NCBI GenBank assembly: GCA_002633005.1
Contig: NMRA01000216.1
Span: 198,772-262,771, forward strand
DNA: 64,000 nt
Reading direction: 5' to 3'
Origin: Phoronis australis
Taxonomy: Eukaryota; Animalia; Phoronida
The translations under genes were made by a program, and so were the position numbers. Below, in pieces: positions 27,376-48,490 of this stretch. Position 1 is the first letter of the stretch, and every line of letters begins with the position of its first letter. The notes beneath the pieces were generated by a model that saw nothing but the letters and a program-made list of their open reading frames with translations, ran no database searches and was not told where the DNA came from.

Positions 27376-27667
27376 CAGGGCCAGTCGCGGACTTAGGGGG
27401 GGGGGCAAGGGAGCCATGCCCCCCCCCCTAAAATTCTTCCAGATACTATTTGGCAGAGAATTGCTGACTAGCATATGCGCGCACCCAGGGGGGCTCGGGG
27501 GGCGAATGCACAATGCATAGGCCTAGCTTGAACAAACCACGTTTACCGTTTTTTTTTGTAATAAGGTACACAAACCCAAAAATTCGAGACCCCTCCATCC
27601 CTAAATTCTGGTTATTCCTGAGCCCTGGCCCTCCCCCCACCAACTCAAAATCCTGGATCCGCCCCTG
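27376..27667. mobile_element. hAT-like GC-ended MITE, same family as 44853-45184
   Basis: G-run/C-run ends with ggatccgcccctg; interior shared with 44853-45184 (gcacaatgcataggcct, aattcgagacccc). Confidence 0.7.
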
Positions 27668-29649
27668 TGTGCTAACACTTTTTGTAACTAGCTGATAGTG
27701 CACTCAACAAAATATATAGAGTGTTAGTTCATCTTGGAGTATTGGGATTAGGTACAAAATGTGAAAAAATCAAAACCGTGGCAAGTAATTTTTGAGGGGT
27801 TCACCGTTTCATACCTATTCTTGTTATGCAAGGGGATTAAGGAGGGTTTCCTTCAAGGTTTAGTGGTTTTGTGTGCATGATGAGACTTTGGCCGGATAGA
27901 CTTATTGGAAACGTCTCTCTAGAAAATTTGATTGGAATATCAGTCAGTGTGGTAAAATTGATCAACAGAGCTGCAGTCGTATATTTTTAATGTGTGAAAT
28001 AGGAATATTGGATTGGTTTCACGTAAGTGCTTTGTCATGACAAGAGAACTTCAATTCTGTTCAACATTTCCATGCCAAGAATTGTACGATGACGCTTCAT
28101 TAGCATACCTCAAAATCCAACTGCTGTCTGCTGGTTTGGTAATTGGCACAATTATATTGCACATCCATCAGCATTAAAGACAAGTTGATATCATAGCACC
28201 ATTGTCCTATTTTCAAAATTCAATTACCTAAGGCATATTTCACCACAAATATGTCATTTAAAATCTTTCAAAACGAAAAGTTAAAAATACCATAGAGAAC
28301 AATAAACATCAGTAGCCTGAGGCGATGCATTTAACTGCAACAGAGGGCGGGCAGATTTTCGCGAGGTAGACAAACTGCCGGTCGCGGAATGACTAGTTGC
28401 CCAACACTCCCGAACCGTCGGCTGCCGAGGTATCAACATAGATTCGTTTCATGTTGAGGGAGATCAGCGGGTGGGTATTAGTCAAAACCAACATTCACAA
28501 ATTACATGGTATTAAAATAAAAAATTAGGCCAAATTTCAGTGAAACTATAATATATAATGATATCATTTTGTTTACCAAGCCTGGAGGTCCGAGTTTAGG
28601 CCTATTTTGTCAGCTCAGATTTGCATGGTATCAAGATGAGACCAATATACGGTCGGCGTCGCTCGGCCCGTGTTTTATAGACGGGACCCGGTGGCGGATC
28701 TACGGGGGGGTTCAGGGGGTTTAAACCCCTCCCTCGGGCCAGGACCCAAAAATTAAAAAAAAAACAAAAGCGTCTCCAGCAAAACAAAAACGGCACCGCC
28801 AGCGTGTAAACCCCAAGTAAACCAACTTGGAAAAAATGAGGGGGGGGGCTCACTCTGAAAATATAGTTTTTTTTTGCATTGTGAATTGCAGAGTCTTTGT
28901 GGCTCATCGGCAAAACGCGCGGGGATTTATTGTGCGCGCGCTTCCGTCGACACTTCTGAAGTAGCCAAGCATTTTAGATGGATTCACCGCTGAAAGAGCA
29001 GTTCTATAGCTGATTTCTTTAGGTAACTAGCTTCTTTACTCTAAGATATATTTTGATTTGATTAGGGGAAATACTGCGGTGCCGCAACCCTGATATTCAG
29101 GCGAATTGACGTGCAACGTTTTTACCTCATCTGTCATGCCGTGTCATTCTATTACACTCCACACGTTTGTAACTGATGTATAGTAAAGTTGTCTTGCGCA
29201 ATATCATACAGTGTACATGTACATGTAATATTGTGTACATGTACATGTAATATTTTTGAAAAAAATTCTTTTTCCGAAGAATTGCTATTGTGGCGGGCGC
29301 CGTGGTCTGGTCGCGAGTCCGTTTGAAGACACACTCTATAACAAGTTATGTCTATACAAGGAATGACCAAGGGGGCACTCACATTGAGAAAGTGACCGCA
29401 TTCGCGAAAAGTGTACAGTACCAGAAATTGCGGGGAGGCTGTTCTTTCACAACAAAGTCTTGCGGGACTCGTGCGATGTTCAATAGGCCTCCTAAGGAGC
29501 CCTAGTTCCGACCTCAACACCTACCGTCTGTCTACCTGCAATAAGCACACTGCCGTCTTCTATACTGGGAATTTCCGCAGAAAGGCTCACCCGATGAAAC
29601 GCTCATGCCCATGGGCATTTATTTGATATTAGTACTTCGGGTTTCAAGC

Positions 29650-30000
29650 GTTCAGACATTGGGACGTTTATTTCGAAAATTGCAAGAGATGCAAATAGGT
29701 CCTGGGATGCTTCGTCAAGGTTTGAAGTAGTCCATGATGAACGGATCAAATTTAGTTGCGCATGTAAGTCTTTTGAATGGACTTGGCAACCTCAAGGGTC
29801 TTAGTGTCAACTGAGCTGCGAAACGAGATGCTGACATTGTAGAGGCTTACAAGCTCATTGACACAGCAGTTGACGAAGTGCAAGCGTTGGGAACAAACAT
29901 CGAAGATATCTGGGTAGAATGGTTCCAAGACGAGCAAATCATTGGATCCGATATACAAATTCCTCGGCAGTCTAGACAACAGAAGGATAGGACTAACGTA
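29650..30000 (+). pseudogene. Degenerate hAT transposase fragment (THAP12/PRKRIR-like C-terminal region)
   Basis: From 29776: NGLGNLKGLSVN*AAKRDADIVEAYKLIDTAVDEVQALGTNIEDIWVEWFQ...IQIPRQSRQQKDRTNV, resembling the 'LKGLSxKLQ..DIVxAY...PR...Q..RxN' pattern of hAT transposases; in-frame stop. Confidence 0.6.
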
Positions 30001-30069
30001 TGAGTAACCACTGGGGATTAAAATTTTAGAGAGAAGTTTTCAATTCAAAATTTTTTGCATAGTACACTT

Positions 30070-30342
30070 TAGGTCTCGCGACGGACCAGGCCAGCTTGAT
30101 TTGTGTAGATGTTGAGTTTCAGTGTACTTCTGGTCCCTCGGCGAACTAGTCTTGTGATTTTTTTTACCAAAGTGTGCTTTGTAAAACTATTTATCTCAGC
30201 CAGTACTGTTTGGTCCCGCGACAGATCGACTATTTTTATAGGGATAATAAGCACAGGTGTACTCTTGGTCTCGTGACGGACCAGGTCAGCTTTTTGTGTA
30301 CTCTCAGTGTACATCTGGTCCCTCTGCAAACTAGTCCAGTGT
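30070..30342. repeat. Degenerate tandem/subterminal repeats
   Basis: About 5 copies of tggtc(c/t)c..g.(g/c)a..gac/actagtc with tttgtgta and cagtgtac submotifs. Confidence 0.55.
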
Positions 30343-30874
30343 ATCTTTTCACCACTGTGCACAGGATGATTTGGTTTCGTGAAACTGTTTTCAGATGATT
30401 TGTTTCCTGATAGATTTGACGTTTTTCAATTGTTATCAACGTGATTCAGCTTAATAAAGTGATACCTAATTATTTATTGTCGCTTTTAATAATAGACTAT
30501 GAGTTGAGAGCACCATCGTTCGCCAGTTTTCTCGTAACGAGACAGAACACATGTTTATTTCCGGACTAACAGTACAGGTCTTCGTTCTTAAACAACTTGA
30601 GGCTGCTGTTACGCGATCATCTGGTATTCAAGTTTTTACGCCCCGTCGGTGCTCCTTAATTATGCTCTTGAATATTTGGAAATTGTCTAAACCCATGTAT
30701 ACACACCACACTTTTTCGTATACGACTTTTCGTATGCTAAAAAAGGTGTGTGTAAGCAGATGTTCCAACAAAAATTTTTGCTGGTGCCGTGACTCATACC
30801 CAGATGTGCACAAATGGTTTCACGAAACTTATATGCCAAGTTCATGTGACGAAATCGAGAAGGGTTTTTAATTA

Positions 30875-31750
30875 CAGCACACATCACGAATTTTTGTCCG
30901 ACTTGTCGGAAATTAGTCGACGACCGGCCCTCGACCGGTCGTCTAGCCGCGCAGCAGCCGACCAACAACGGTCGGCTAGTAGCCGTCTGCTGAGTCGCCT
31001 TTGTGGGTTGGCTAAGTGGTCGCCTAGCGTAGACGATTAAGCGTGTCCTTGGTCGGCAGTTACCATTTTATGACTCAGCTGGTGAACTTTGGACAAACGT
31101 TGCAAACATTTAACTGTTCGCTGTTCGTTTACCAGTGGCAACTCCGATCTTGACATCGGTTTATCAACTTTTGTTCAGCTATTGAAAGGAGGTAAAATCG
31201 AATCAACCTACAAATACGAAGTGCGTGACATTTCGCCAGCCTAAAACCTTATGGCGAATTAATGACGCCGTGGTAAAATCAAACGTTAAGTGATATCGCG
31301 GAAGCATAATTTCTAATTTTAGATATGAGACTTTTTATACAGTACAGTTATGCGTCAAAACAAGCACGAAATTTGAAATTTACAGTGAAATTGCATAAAA
31401 ATCAGAATACAACACTGGATATTTTACGACCTCAAATGTTTTCATGCCGCGGAATGCTCAACAAGTAGCACGCATTTGCGCTCATCTGTTATTGCTCTTG
31501 ATCATCACTTCATCATGTATATTGCGCTTTACCACAGATAATTATTGTTTATTTCTGTATAATTTCTTAATATGTTGGTACAGCAATAGAACCCAAGTTT
31601 ATTTTAGGAACAACATAAACAATGGTATGAACATAGTGCCGATATTAAGTCATGGGCGCATGGAAACGAAAGACTGTGATCGGTTTATCATCCATCATCC
31701 ATCATCATGAAATTGTCACTTTCGCAGTCATCTTTTCGAAGCTAGAGCCA
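30875..31750 (+). mobile_element. Second, truncated copy of the left ~880 bp of the 20515-27042 transposon
   Basis: TA|cagcacacatcacgaatttttgtccgac..., colinear with 20515-21410 through ttcgaagctagagcc. Confidence 0.9.
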
Positions 31751-32622
31751 TCTAGCTTAAGAAAAACTCCAGAGACATGCTAAGTGCCAGAAACTTACCA
31801 GGATGCATGGAAATTTCACTATTTGGCTACAAAAACAAGAAAAAATCTTACGGCGAGAGGGGAAACCGGCCTAGAGCCCGACCTCCCCCCGCCGCTCGGC
31901 GCCACGCGCCTAGGATCGACTTTGACAGGAATCCTAAACCCCCCTTGCTGAAAACGTAGATCCGCCACTGCGGTCCCTATATCATGCCTTTGCGCCAAGT
32001 AAACAGGCACTATGAAATCAGCACCTAGACTAATTTAGTTATACTGAGTCTTCCAGTACTGGGGCAGGCCGAGTGTGCCGGAAGGCGGCTTCGCGGCATG
32101 CAGCCCCACCCTTTAGCCAAGACGACCCTCACGGGGACCTCACCTGGTTCCCGGGCCTCACAAGCTGACGTCACGGATTGCTTGTGAACCAATCTCGAGG
32201 GTCTGTACAGGAGACTACTCGGGGACCGTCCCGTCGTACACCGCGAAGCGGCCGCCGGCCGCGGCATGCCGCCCGTGCCTAAAACTTAGAATCTCTCCCG
32301 GCTAAACACCCTTTCAATACATATTGGTTCTATTGTGCTAAAACAAAATTAAATTCATTTAATATAACACCGTAGTTTGACTGAAACTGTGGTCGGCGTC
32401 TGAGGTTAATTCTACTGAATTAGCCGAAACAAGGAGTGGGGAATACTACATTCCTCGAGCCGAAAGGACACCGAACACACGAATTTCAACAAAAGAACAT
32501 CTCACTACGGAAACCGTCACGTCTCGCGTGACTCTTCGAGACGTGGTTGTCAACCAAAATTGAAATCAATACAATTTGTCCTGAAACGTTTGAATAAAGG
32601 ACTTCTCGATTTTCGTACCACG

Positions 32623-40578
<7,956 letters not shown>

Positions 40579-41082
40579 GCTGCGCTTGTCTGGAGAAGTT
40601 TGCCCGTGTTGACAGTGAAGTTATGAAACCATTTCCCCCTCCAAATTTTTGTCGGATTTCAACTTCTGCGTCAATAGGCTATTTTCAAATTGAAAGAAAA
40701 TGGCAATAATGCCGTTTCCACATGCTTATATCTGGCTTAAAAAGTTTGGCTTGTCGTAGTCGTTTTAGACTTACACATTTTCTTTTCATTTATGTGTATT
40801 TCATTTTTTGTTTTAAAACTTTAACTGGCAAAAAACAAAGTGAGTGGGTAAGGCTGTCAGGAAATTACTTCTGTTCCGAGATTGCTCACTGGTGTAAATC
40901 AGTAGCTGTTTGTAGATAAGTGTAAAAAGCAAATTGTCATTTGGCAGCGACATGTAAACAAATTTTGTTACAATCTTAAGCATTGGTTTCTACATTATTA
41001 ACATTCTGTACGAGTTACATGAACTTCATCTCAATTTACCTGGACTGTAATACTATCGCGTGTTTCTCATTTTTGCCACCAG

Positions 41083-41153
41083 GTAGCTCCACATTACGAT
41101 GGGAAAACAAGACCATGTACGTGGTTGTTAGTGTTTTTGGGTTAGCGATTTGA
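41083..41153 (+). CDS. DYNLT1: Alternative (duplicated) terminal exon 5b of DYNLT1
   Basis: Polypyrimidine tract + ccag acceptor, same phase and 71-nt length as exon 5a; encodes (G)[22 protein letters not shown]; AATAAA at ~41474, ~41516 and ~41587. Confidence 0.82.
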
Positions 41154-43068
41154 AGATTGATCTGTAAACTTCTGTTGACATCACAACACACAGACATATG
41201 CCATTCAGTTATGAGGTATATGCACAAATATGCCTTCGGTGGAATTTGAAGCTTGTATGTATTTGTTCCACGTAATGACCGACTTTTATTTTCATACTTG
41301 TAACTAGGTTTACTCAAACACAAAACATTTCCATAGAGTTGAGTAAACTTCTAACTAGTTCTAGTTGTAAAGACTTTATCTTTATTTGTTCTGTAAATAC
41401 CTGTTGGAGCCTCAATGTATCATTTTCTAACCCACCAAACTCGTTATGGAGGCTATATTTATGTTTGTGTATCAATAAACTATAAAACCAATAGATCTTC
41501 CAGTCTGATTTCTCCAATAAATATTCTCTAAATGCAGATAACTTTCGACAGAGGTGTATTGACAGAGGTGTATTGACGAAGATTTGAATAAAACTTGAAT
41601 TAGTTAAACATATCTATTTACCAGTCAAATCTTCGCCAAACTCGAACTAACTTTTTATTCGTTCTCAGTTATGTACACTTGTCTCTTCAAGACAGTCAGA
41701 TTTGAGCCTACTCCAACAAGCTTACTTATAATTTATTCATGGTATTCACTTGATATTTTGTTGCTCAAAACATTGCGTCCCAGTCACCACAAACAAACCC
41801 TTGAACCTTGCAGAAGGTTACTTAGCCAAGACGAACGAGCTCTTTTTCACTAAAAAGTCAAATTTAATGCAATTTCCCCTAACACTAAAACAGCGACTTT
41901 ATTGTGACATTTCGAAGCAGTGGAATCTAAAAATACATTCTTCAGAACACATTTGCAAAAAAGCAAAATAACGTATTTCCTGAGTAAGCTCAAGGCCTTG
42001 CAAGCGATTAGGCCTACTAGGAAAATTGCTACCATTGAAATGATTGCTCGCCAAGGCTGGAATGTTATGTTGAATATGGAAGAAAATTAAAAGATTTTCG
42101 TTACATCAGCGAAGTTTCTTTAGTCTCATAGTAAAGGAACCCTGCCTTGTATCCTCAAGATAAAGTTGGTGTGATTGTCTGACTGCACACATTTGAGTAT
42201 TGCCTATCACAACTTAGGGACATCATCGATAAGTTTCTCACTTTTATCAAGAACCAGATAAAAATGTTAAAACATTACTGTTTTCAAAAATCAAGAGTGT
42301 CTTTAATAACAGCAGAATTATTTAAACAATGACATTCCATTGGCATAGCCAGAAGTATACAACAGGATGGGAGCAAATGCAAAACAACCTACCACGTCTC
42401 TAAGTAAGTGATCATCTTATACTATAACAGATAACATTGCACACTAAACAACAACCAACACCCAAACCATGCCTGCCAGTTTGGCCACTTAACGAACAAA
42501 ATGTACAGCACCACAACATCACATACAATCAAGCACCAAACATTGCCAGAGACTGACAAACAATGGAAGTATCACAACAAAGCTTATTTGAAAGCTTCAA
42601 TTAGGAAAACAAATATTAAAAATTTTTTGTTACAATTAAACTCGCGCAAGTCCAATCCAACCGGACCAAGGGAATAGATCCAAATAAGGCACAATCCACT
42701 TTCTTAAAAGATATTAAAATATCTTTTAAAAGATCTCTTAAAAGATATCAAAATATCTTTTAAGAGCCTAGTGAACAACCACACTATGGAATTCAGTTTG
42801 AATTGTTAAGCATAGATTACATTTATATGCAATCAGATATTCAGGTTTTGTTGTATAACCTTATCTAAGATTTCTCACACATCAATTAGCTTCCAACCCC
42901 ATGTACAGGAAACGAGTAACCCTCCATCACAGCAAAACAACACATCTTTTCACAGACCTTATACATAAAGAGCACGTTTTTTAAGAACACTCAAAACAAC
43001 AGTAGAACTTCACTTCTAAAATTAATCGGTCTATTTACACCAACCTCAATGAGAACTTATAATTTTTT

Positions 43069-43138
43069 GGCACAAGCTGGGTTTGAACCTGGGACCTTAA
43101 GATTGCCAGTCCAGTACTCTAACCAAAACACCACCGAG
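43069..43138 (-). mobile_element. tRNA-derived SINE head
   Basis: Minus strand ggtggtgttttggttagagtactggactggcaatcttaaggtcccaggttcaaacccagc has an A-box-like motif and B box GGTTCAAACCC. Confidence 0.5.
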
Positions 43139-43681
43139 TCATCCATTAACAGTTGCCAATGTCCATAGGCTAGAGGTTGGTGTAAGTAGACCAATATATT
43201 TTAGAAATGATGTTACATCATCACCTCAAAGCGGTTTGGGAAGAAACAGTGCAACTTGCACCACAAATACTGCGCACACCACCAAGCACAACTAAGATAA
43301 ATAGAACCCAAAGGTGTCTGAGATGTAATATTTCTAAAACATTCGCCTCATTGGTACTGCTACTACTAGGTAAACAATATTATTGTACATGAACAGTGTG
43401 GTAACCCAGTGATTTTTCCTTTTAAATATTGCATCTCAAGCACCTGAGATACGTGAATTGGAAAATGTTCTGTAACTTTGACAGTACAGACTTTCCTACG
43501 AAGGAGCTGCAGGTTCAGAGAACAGTACTGTTTACTAGCCTTCCAACTTTTGTTTAGACATTTCAAGTGCCCGAACAGCAAAGCTGATAAAATTTCCTAC
43601 CTCCCACGGTAAAGAAAAAATATGTGGATGGAAGACCAGCTGATATTAAATAATTACTGCTCACAGCTGTCCTCACATAAC

Positions 43682-45801
43682 TTAAAATGAGCTCTCTAAA
43701 CCAGACTTAAGACTGGTGAAAAAGGTGTCCTTCATGTAGTCTAGGTCACAGCCAAGATTATGAGTGGCTGCGTTTTGTATAAAGACCTTGCAATTTGGCA
43801 TGGCCGTTTCCAGCCACCGAACAGAAGCTACTGGCACCATTCCATCATTGCTACCGTGGAATATACAAACAGGATAGTTGACCTGTGTGTACTGAAATCC
43901 GTGTTCATGATCTTTTTCTAGAGATAACATGATGTCATTCTTGTGACCAGCGTGGTTCTCTGTCTTCTTCATTTTAAACATGACCTCGAAAACAGCATTC
44001 AATCCCCGAGTCAGGAACGACCTGCGCTCGGCTTCACTCCACCCTTTGGACATTGCATTCACCGACCCCATGGAGATGGCAGCTTGCGGCATCGATTGTA
44101 TGACTGAAGAGGTGGCACTAATGAGGAATCGCGGCATGTAACTTGCCACTTTCAGGCTCCGACTGGCCCCGGGTGTCGACAAGGGCACCCAGGGCGAGAT
44201 CAGATGCACCGGACCCATCAGGCGGTGGGGAATCTTCAGGGCACAAGCCAGTGCGTAGACGGCCCCACAGGACTGACCGACTAGGCCAAAGCGTTCGATC
44301 TGCAGCTGGTCAGCAATCTCTGTCATAATCTCTGGAAACCGAAAAGAAAGTTTGAATACTCTGTTGATCACATTTTTAGTCGCGGATTGAATTCAACATA
44401 TGACTCTTACCATGTAGTACTTTTGAAAAATGCCCGATCCAAAGAATACCACAACAAACAATGCTACACCAGAGATGGCACTTAGATCAACAATGTATGA
44501 AATAAAATATCCCAGTGTGCCAGACCAAATCCAAGTAATATAGTGTTCATAGCTGTAATGTCTGCTATAATCAGTGAAAAATCACAACTGAGTGCTTCTC
44601 TCAAAGGGAATGCACAGCACTAGAAATGATTATGGCCCCCACATAGGCAAGGTTTGAATACCGATTTCAATTTAAAGCCCATACAACTCCATAGATTATT
44701 ACAGTAGCTAAAGGCAGTATATGTGACATAAAAGAATCATGCCAGTGCTACAGGTTTCCTCCTGTGTATTTCCCAGACACAAAAGCATAACACTACCCAG
44801 ACAGCTTGGCTTGGCATGGTATTGTTGTTTCATTGTCGACTAATGTCACTACCAGTGGCAGATTTGGGGGGGGGCAAGGAGGCCATGCCCCCCCTCCCCC
44901 CTAAAATTCTCCCACATACCAGTTGGGAGTTCGGGATGTCAATTGCTGAGTAGCATATGCGCACACACAGGGGGTTCGGAGGGCAAAAGCACAATGCATA
45001 GGCCTTGAGCAAACCCAGTTTACCGGGTTTTTTGGGGGGGATTTTTTGGTTTTTTTAGTAATAAGGTCCACAAACCCATAAATTCGAGACCCCTGCATTC
45101 CTACATTTTAAGCGTGTGGCGAAATTCAGGTTATTCCTGCGCTCTGCCACACCCTCTTAACTCAAAACCCTGGATCCGCCCCTGACTACAGTTCCTACTT
45201 TGGCTTTAACTAATAATACATAACATGAATTATAGTATAACACCAGAAAAATAGGCAGCATATCTTCAGTGGTCACTTTAAGGAACACTCAAATCTACCA
45301 GCAACGTCCAAATGTGAATGTCTACGTCGTTAGAATGTAATTCAGTGCGGCACCTAAGCAACTCAAGGTAGATTCACACGTCATGCAAATGGTGATCAAA
45401 AGTGCTGCACAACACTGCATTTTTCCCACAACCTTACCAGTCCACTTAAAAGCTGTCTTATCCTCATGCGCGACATCATCTGACAGGCCCGTTCCTGGTC
45501 GGTCGGGACAGATCAATCGGATGCCACAATCGCGAGCCATATCCTCATAAACATAGGCAAAGTGCCGAGTCCCAGCCAGGCCAACGAACATCATCACTGG
45601 CAGCCCATTGGGGTCGCCACAGTCTGCCAGACTAATGCGTTTCCCACTCCTCATCGTCAACACCACATTGTAGTGGTCTTGTAAAACATGTTTGTGAATC
45701 ATCTCCATTTGAGAAGCATGCATCTCTTTTTCGGTTTTGGCTTTGGTGTCCTTACTTGGACCATCATCTACATGGCTTGTATTGTTAGAGGAGTCACCCA
45801 T
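43682..45801 (-). CDS. Alpha/beta-hydrolase fold protein (Abhydrolase_1/MhpC-like), 337 aa; exons 45801-45438 and 44331-43682
   Basis: Phase-1 GT-AG intron (ACTG/gtaagg ... tttccag/AG). Motifs GDPNGLPV, RLICPDRPGTGLS, nucleophile elbow GQSCG, acid HGSNDGMVP and catalytic His (ATHN). An acceptor 9 nt upstream of the ATG implies a 5'UTR exon. Confidence 0.9.
44853..45184. mobile_element. hAT-like MITE in the hydrolase intron
   Basis: cagtggcagatttgggggg ... ctggatccgcccctg; homologous to 27376-27667. Confidence 0.7.
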
Positions 45802-48249
45802 ACTTGCGGTCTAAATTAAATAAATCATCTCTTCAGTCCAAAACAATCACATATCCACTGAATGAGTATGACATGGTAGAAACACTAAAAATATCAAGAA
45901 TCTACTTAACAGGCCAAATATCTCTCAAACGATACAAAAGAACAACACAAGGTCACATATAAGGCAGCAGATAGAAGATGTTAGTGTTTGAGACTTTTCT
46001 AGGGAGTCTAGGCCTACTGAAGTTTTGGCTCATAATGGGAAAAGGCTGCGAAAGCCTGTCAAAGAAAGTTGGTCTTAGCGATCATATTTACTTCTGGACT
46101 TTTCTTCAGTTGTACAAAAAGTGGCAATAAACCTGCCTTAGGGCGTCAAAAAGAATTTATTTGCACCACTTTCTCATCATAAAATTGGCTTGAAATCATT
46201 CCCAGAGGACAAGGATGACTACTCCGGGCGATGGAAGCAGTTAGGTTGTGCTTGATAATATGCTTGCCGCATAAAATGACACGCTGTGACAAATCAACCT
46301 ATCGAGCCTGATCTCAAACAATATAGGGAGAGAACCAGTTTATCGAACACAGTAAGTTTATCAAACATTAGTTTAGTCAAAACTAATTTGAAAAATTATA
46401 ACACTAACCTTTGTTATCTAAAAAATTGAGTGTAGGTTTAGTGATAGTATTTTGTTTGAAAATATGTTCCAACTATGTTCAATAATAAACTGGCGCTTTT
46501 GCTGTGCTTGAACTTGGGATTCAGCCTGATCTCAAGATTGTGTGTGAGTGAATTGGGAATAACAGCGTAAAGTTGGCAATTAAGTTCACTGAATCTCGTT
46601 CACGTTCATAAAAAAATCACAGTACTAAAGCGAATCACATGTTAATACAATCATGTAATTTTAACAAACCTTTTATTATCATTACCAACTATTGGCAGTT
46701 TTATTCTCCAAACAATAATATAAATGGATTAAACATTCACATATTCCTCCGATTCTGTGACAAAAGTTCCGGTACAGGAGAAAATTGGTGATAGTCCAGC
46801 CAATAATTAAAAAATAGTTACACTGAAAAACAAGTTTCACCTAACTGCTTAAACATAATTTCCAAATTCATGCACGAGACTAAGTAGCCTTTGTACAAAG
46901 CTGTATAATAAATATTACAGATTTGCGCCGATGTGGGTAAAAAAGTGGTAAGATAAAATCTGACACAAAATTAGTGTCATTAAAAACTACGGCCTTCCTT
47001 GAGTAAACTAAATTATTTAACGGTGTTGGAAAAAATGGCGTTCTACCGTTATTCTGCGGCTGAAGTTGTGGAGCAATCTTTAGCGACGGCTTTCGGCGCC
47101 ATGAAATATTGCGTCACCTATTGGTCAGATTTTTTTTCGCCGATCCTTCAATCAACTGTTCTTCTTTCACGAGGTTGCGTACACTCACAACAAACTACTG
47201 GAACTGGTTTCAGTTCATTATAAGTTTTTAGAATTTTGATACCGAAAAAACGAACTTGGGAAGAAATTTCGCTGCTGCGAACTTGTCACAAAAATTTAGG
47301 AAATGGCACTTTCATTGTTAAAAAAAGCGGAGAGTTACGCAAGAAAATGACGTTTATTACATTGTTTTTCACTTAAACGGCTGTAACGGGCAAGGTATGT
47401 GTAGGTTGATTCCCAGATTTTGCATGCACCCCGTCCGGTCTTTATCTTTATACATGTTGATACAAGTTTCCCGACAAGGTGACGAGTAGAACTACCCTGG
47501 CTGTGTGCAATTTCGGGGTCTACGGAAGAAATGCACACAGTGGTACCTAGATGTATTTTGACGACAGTCTCCACACAGCTAGCTGGCTGGCTAGAGTTTA
47601 AGCAGAATTTCAAGTTCAATCACAACACTCTGACTAACTCTGCTGGCCCAGCAGCGGCGATGGTCATTGCCTAACTAACCCGATAGCCTGATAACAAACT
47701 GTCCCAGGAATCGTCCCCAGTCGGCCGAGTGAGGAACATGTATTGCAGTAAGTGGTCGAAATCAAAAGTTATTTTTTTTACTGAAGGGAAGCTTATTGCC
47801 GCTTTTATCTTCACCAGTCTAGATCACGCGCTTTTCGCTTGCATTTCTTTAGTAGTAAATTAATAGTTAAGTTTATGATCAGACGATCTTTTTATTTTGC
47901 ATGTGTGGAATACCTACCGTATTTTGACAGTTGTAAAAGAAAAGTGAAACGAAGCTGCAGACAACTATTCCCTAAACAGCTAATCACGTTGAAGTTAGTC
48001 TAACACGATGAGTCATGGTCACATTGAGAAGAAACGATCAAACATTTGACGAAAACCCCTATCAAAATAATTACCGGAAACCACCGGTGAATATCTCCTT
48101 TTTTCCCTAAAGAGTACATGAATAGCTACTCTAGTAGTGGTATGTATCCCGACCGCTGGAACTTTTGATTTACATCTGCCTGTATCGGTGGAACCAGTGG
48201 AATATCCGTCCCACATCCAGCGTGTTTTAGTGCTAACCGAGAATGAATG

Positions 48250-48490
48250 CAAAACCAGGTTCTATCCTGGGTCCTCTGTTATTCAATGTTTTCATAAATG
48301 AAAAAATTTCTGAAGGCATGCAGTGCAAGCCCTTGCGTCCATCAGTACGGCACTGAGTGACGCTGACAACTACACTTGTACACTGTGACGACTCTATGGA
48401 TAAAGTCAGACTTGTTCTGAAAAACGCGCCAAATGAGGCTATGACATGGTCTGACAATAATCAGATGTTTGCCAATGTCTGAAAATTTTC
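48250..48490 (+). pseudogene. CR1/L2-type LINE reverse transcriptase relic
   Basis: ggttctatcctgggtcctctgttattcaatgttttcataaatga = GSILGPLLFNVFIN(D), then a degenerate YADD region and WSDNNQMFANV*KF. Confidence 0.7.

Noticed and set aside
30070-30342. Spaced repeats resembling a CRISPR array
   Set aside because: The repeats are degenerate and irregularly spaced, the spacers resemble each other, and there are no cas genes.
43069-43138. Functional tRNA genes (also 25856, ~16830, ~22820, ~51710)
   Set aside because: A/B boxes are present but acceptor and anticodon stems do not pair properly; treated as SINE heads or relics.
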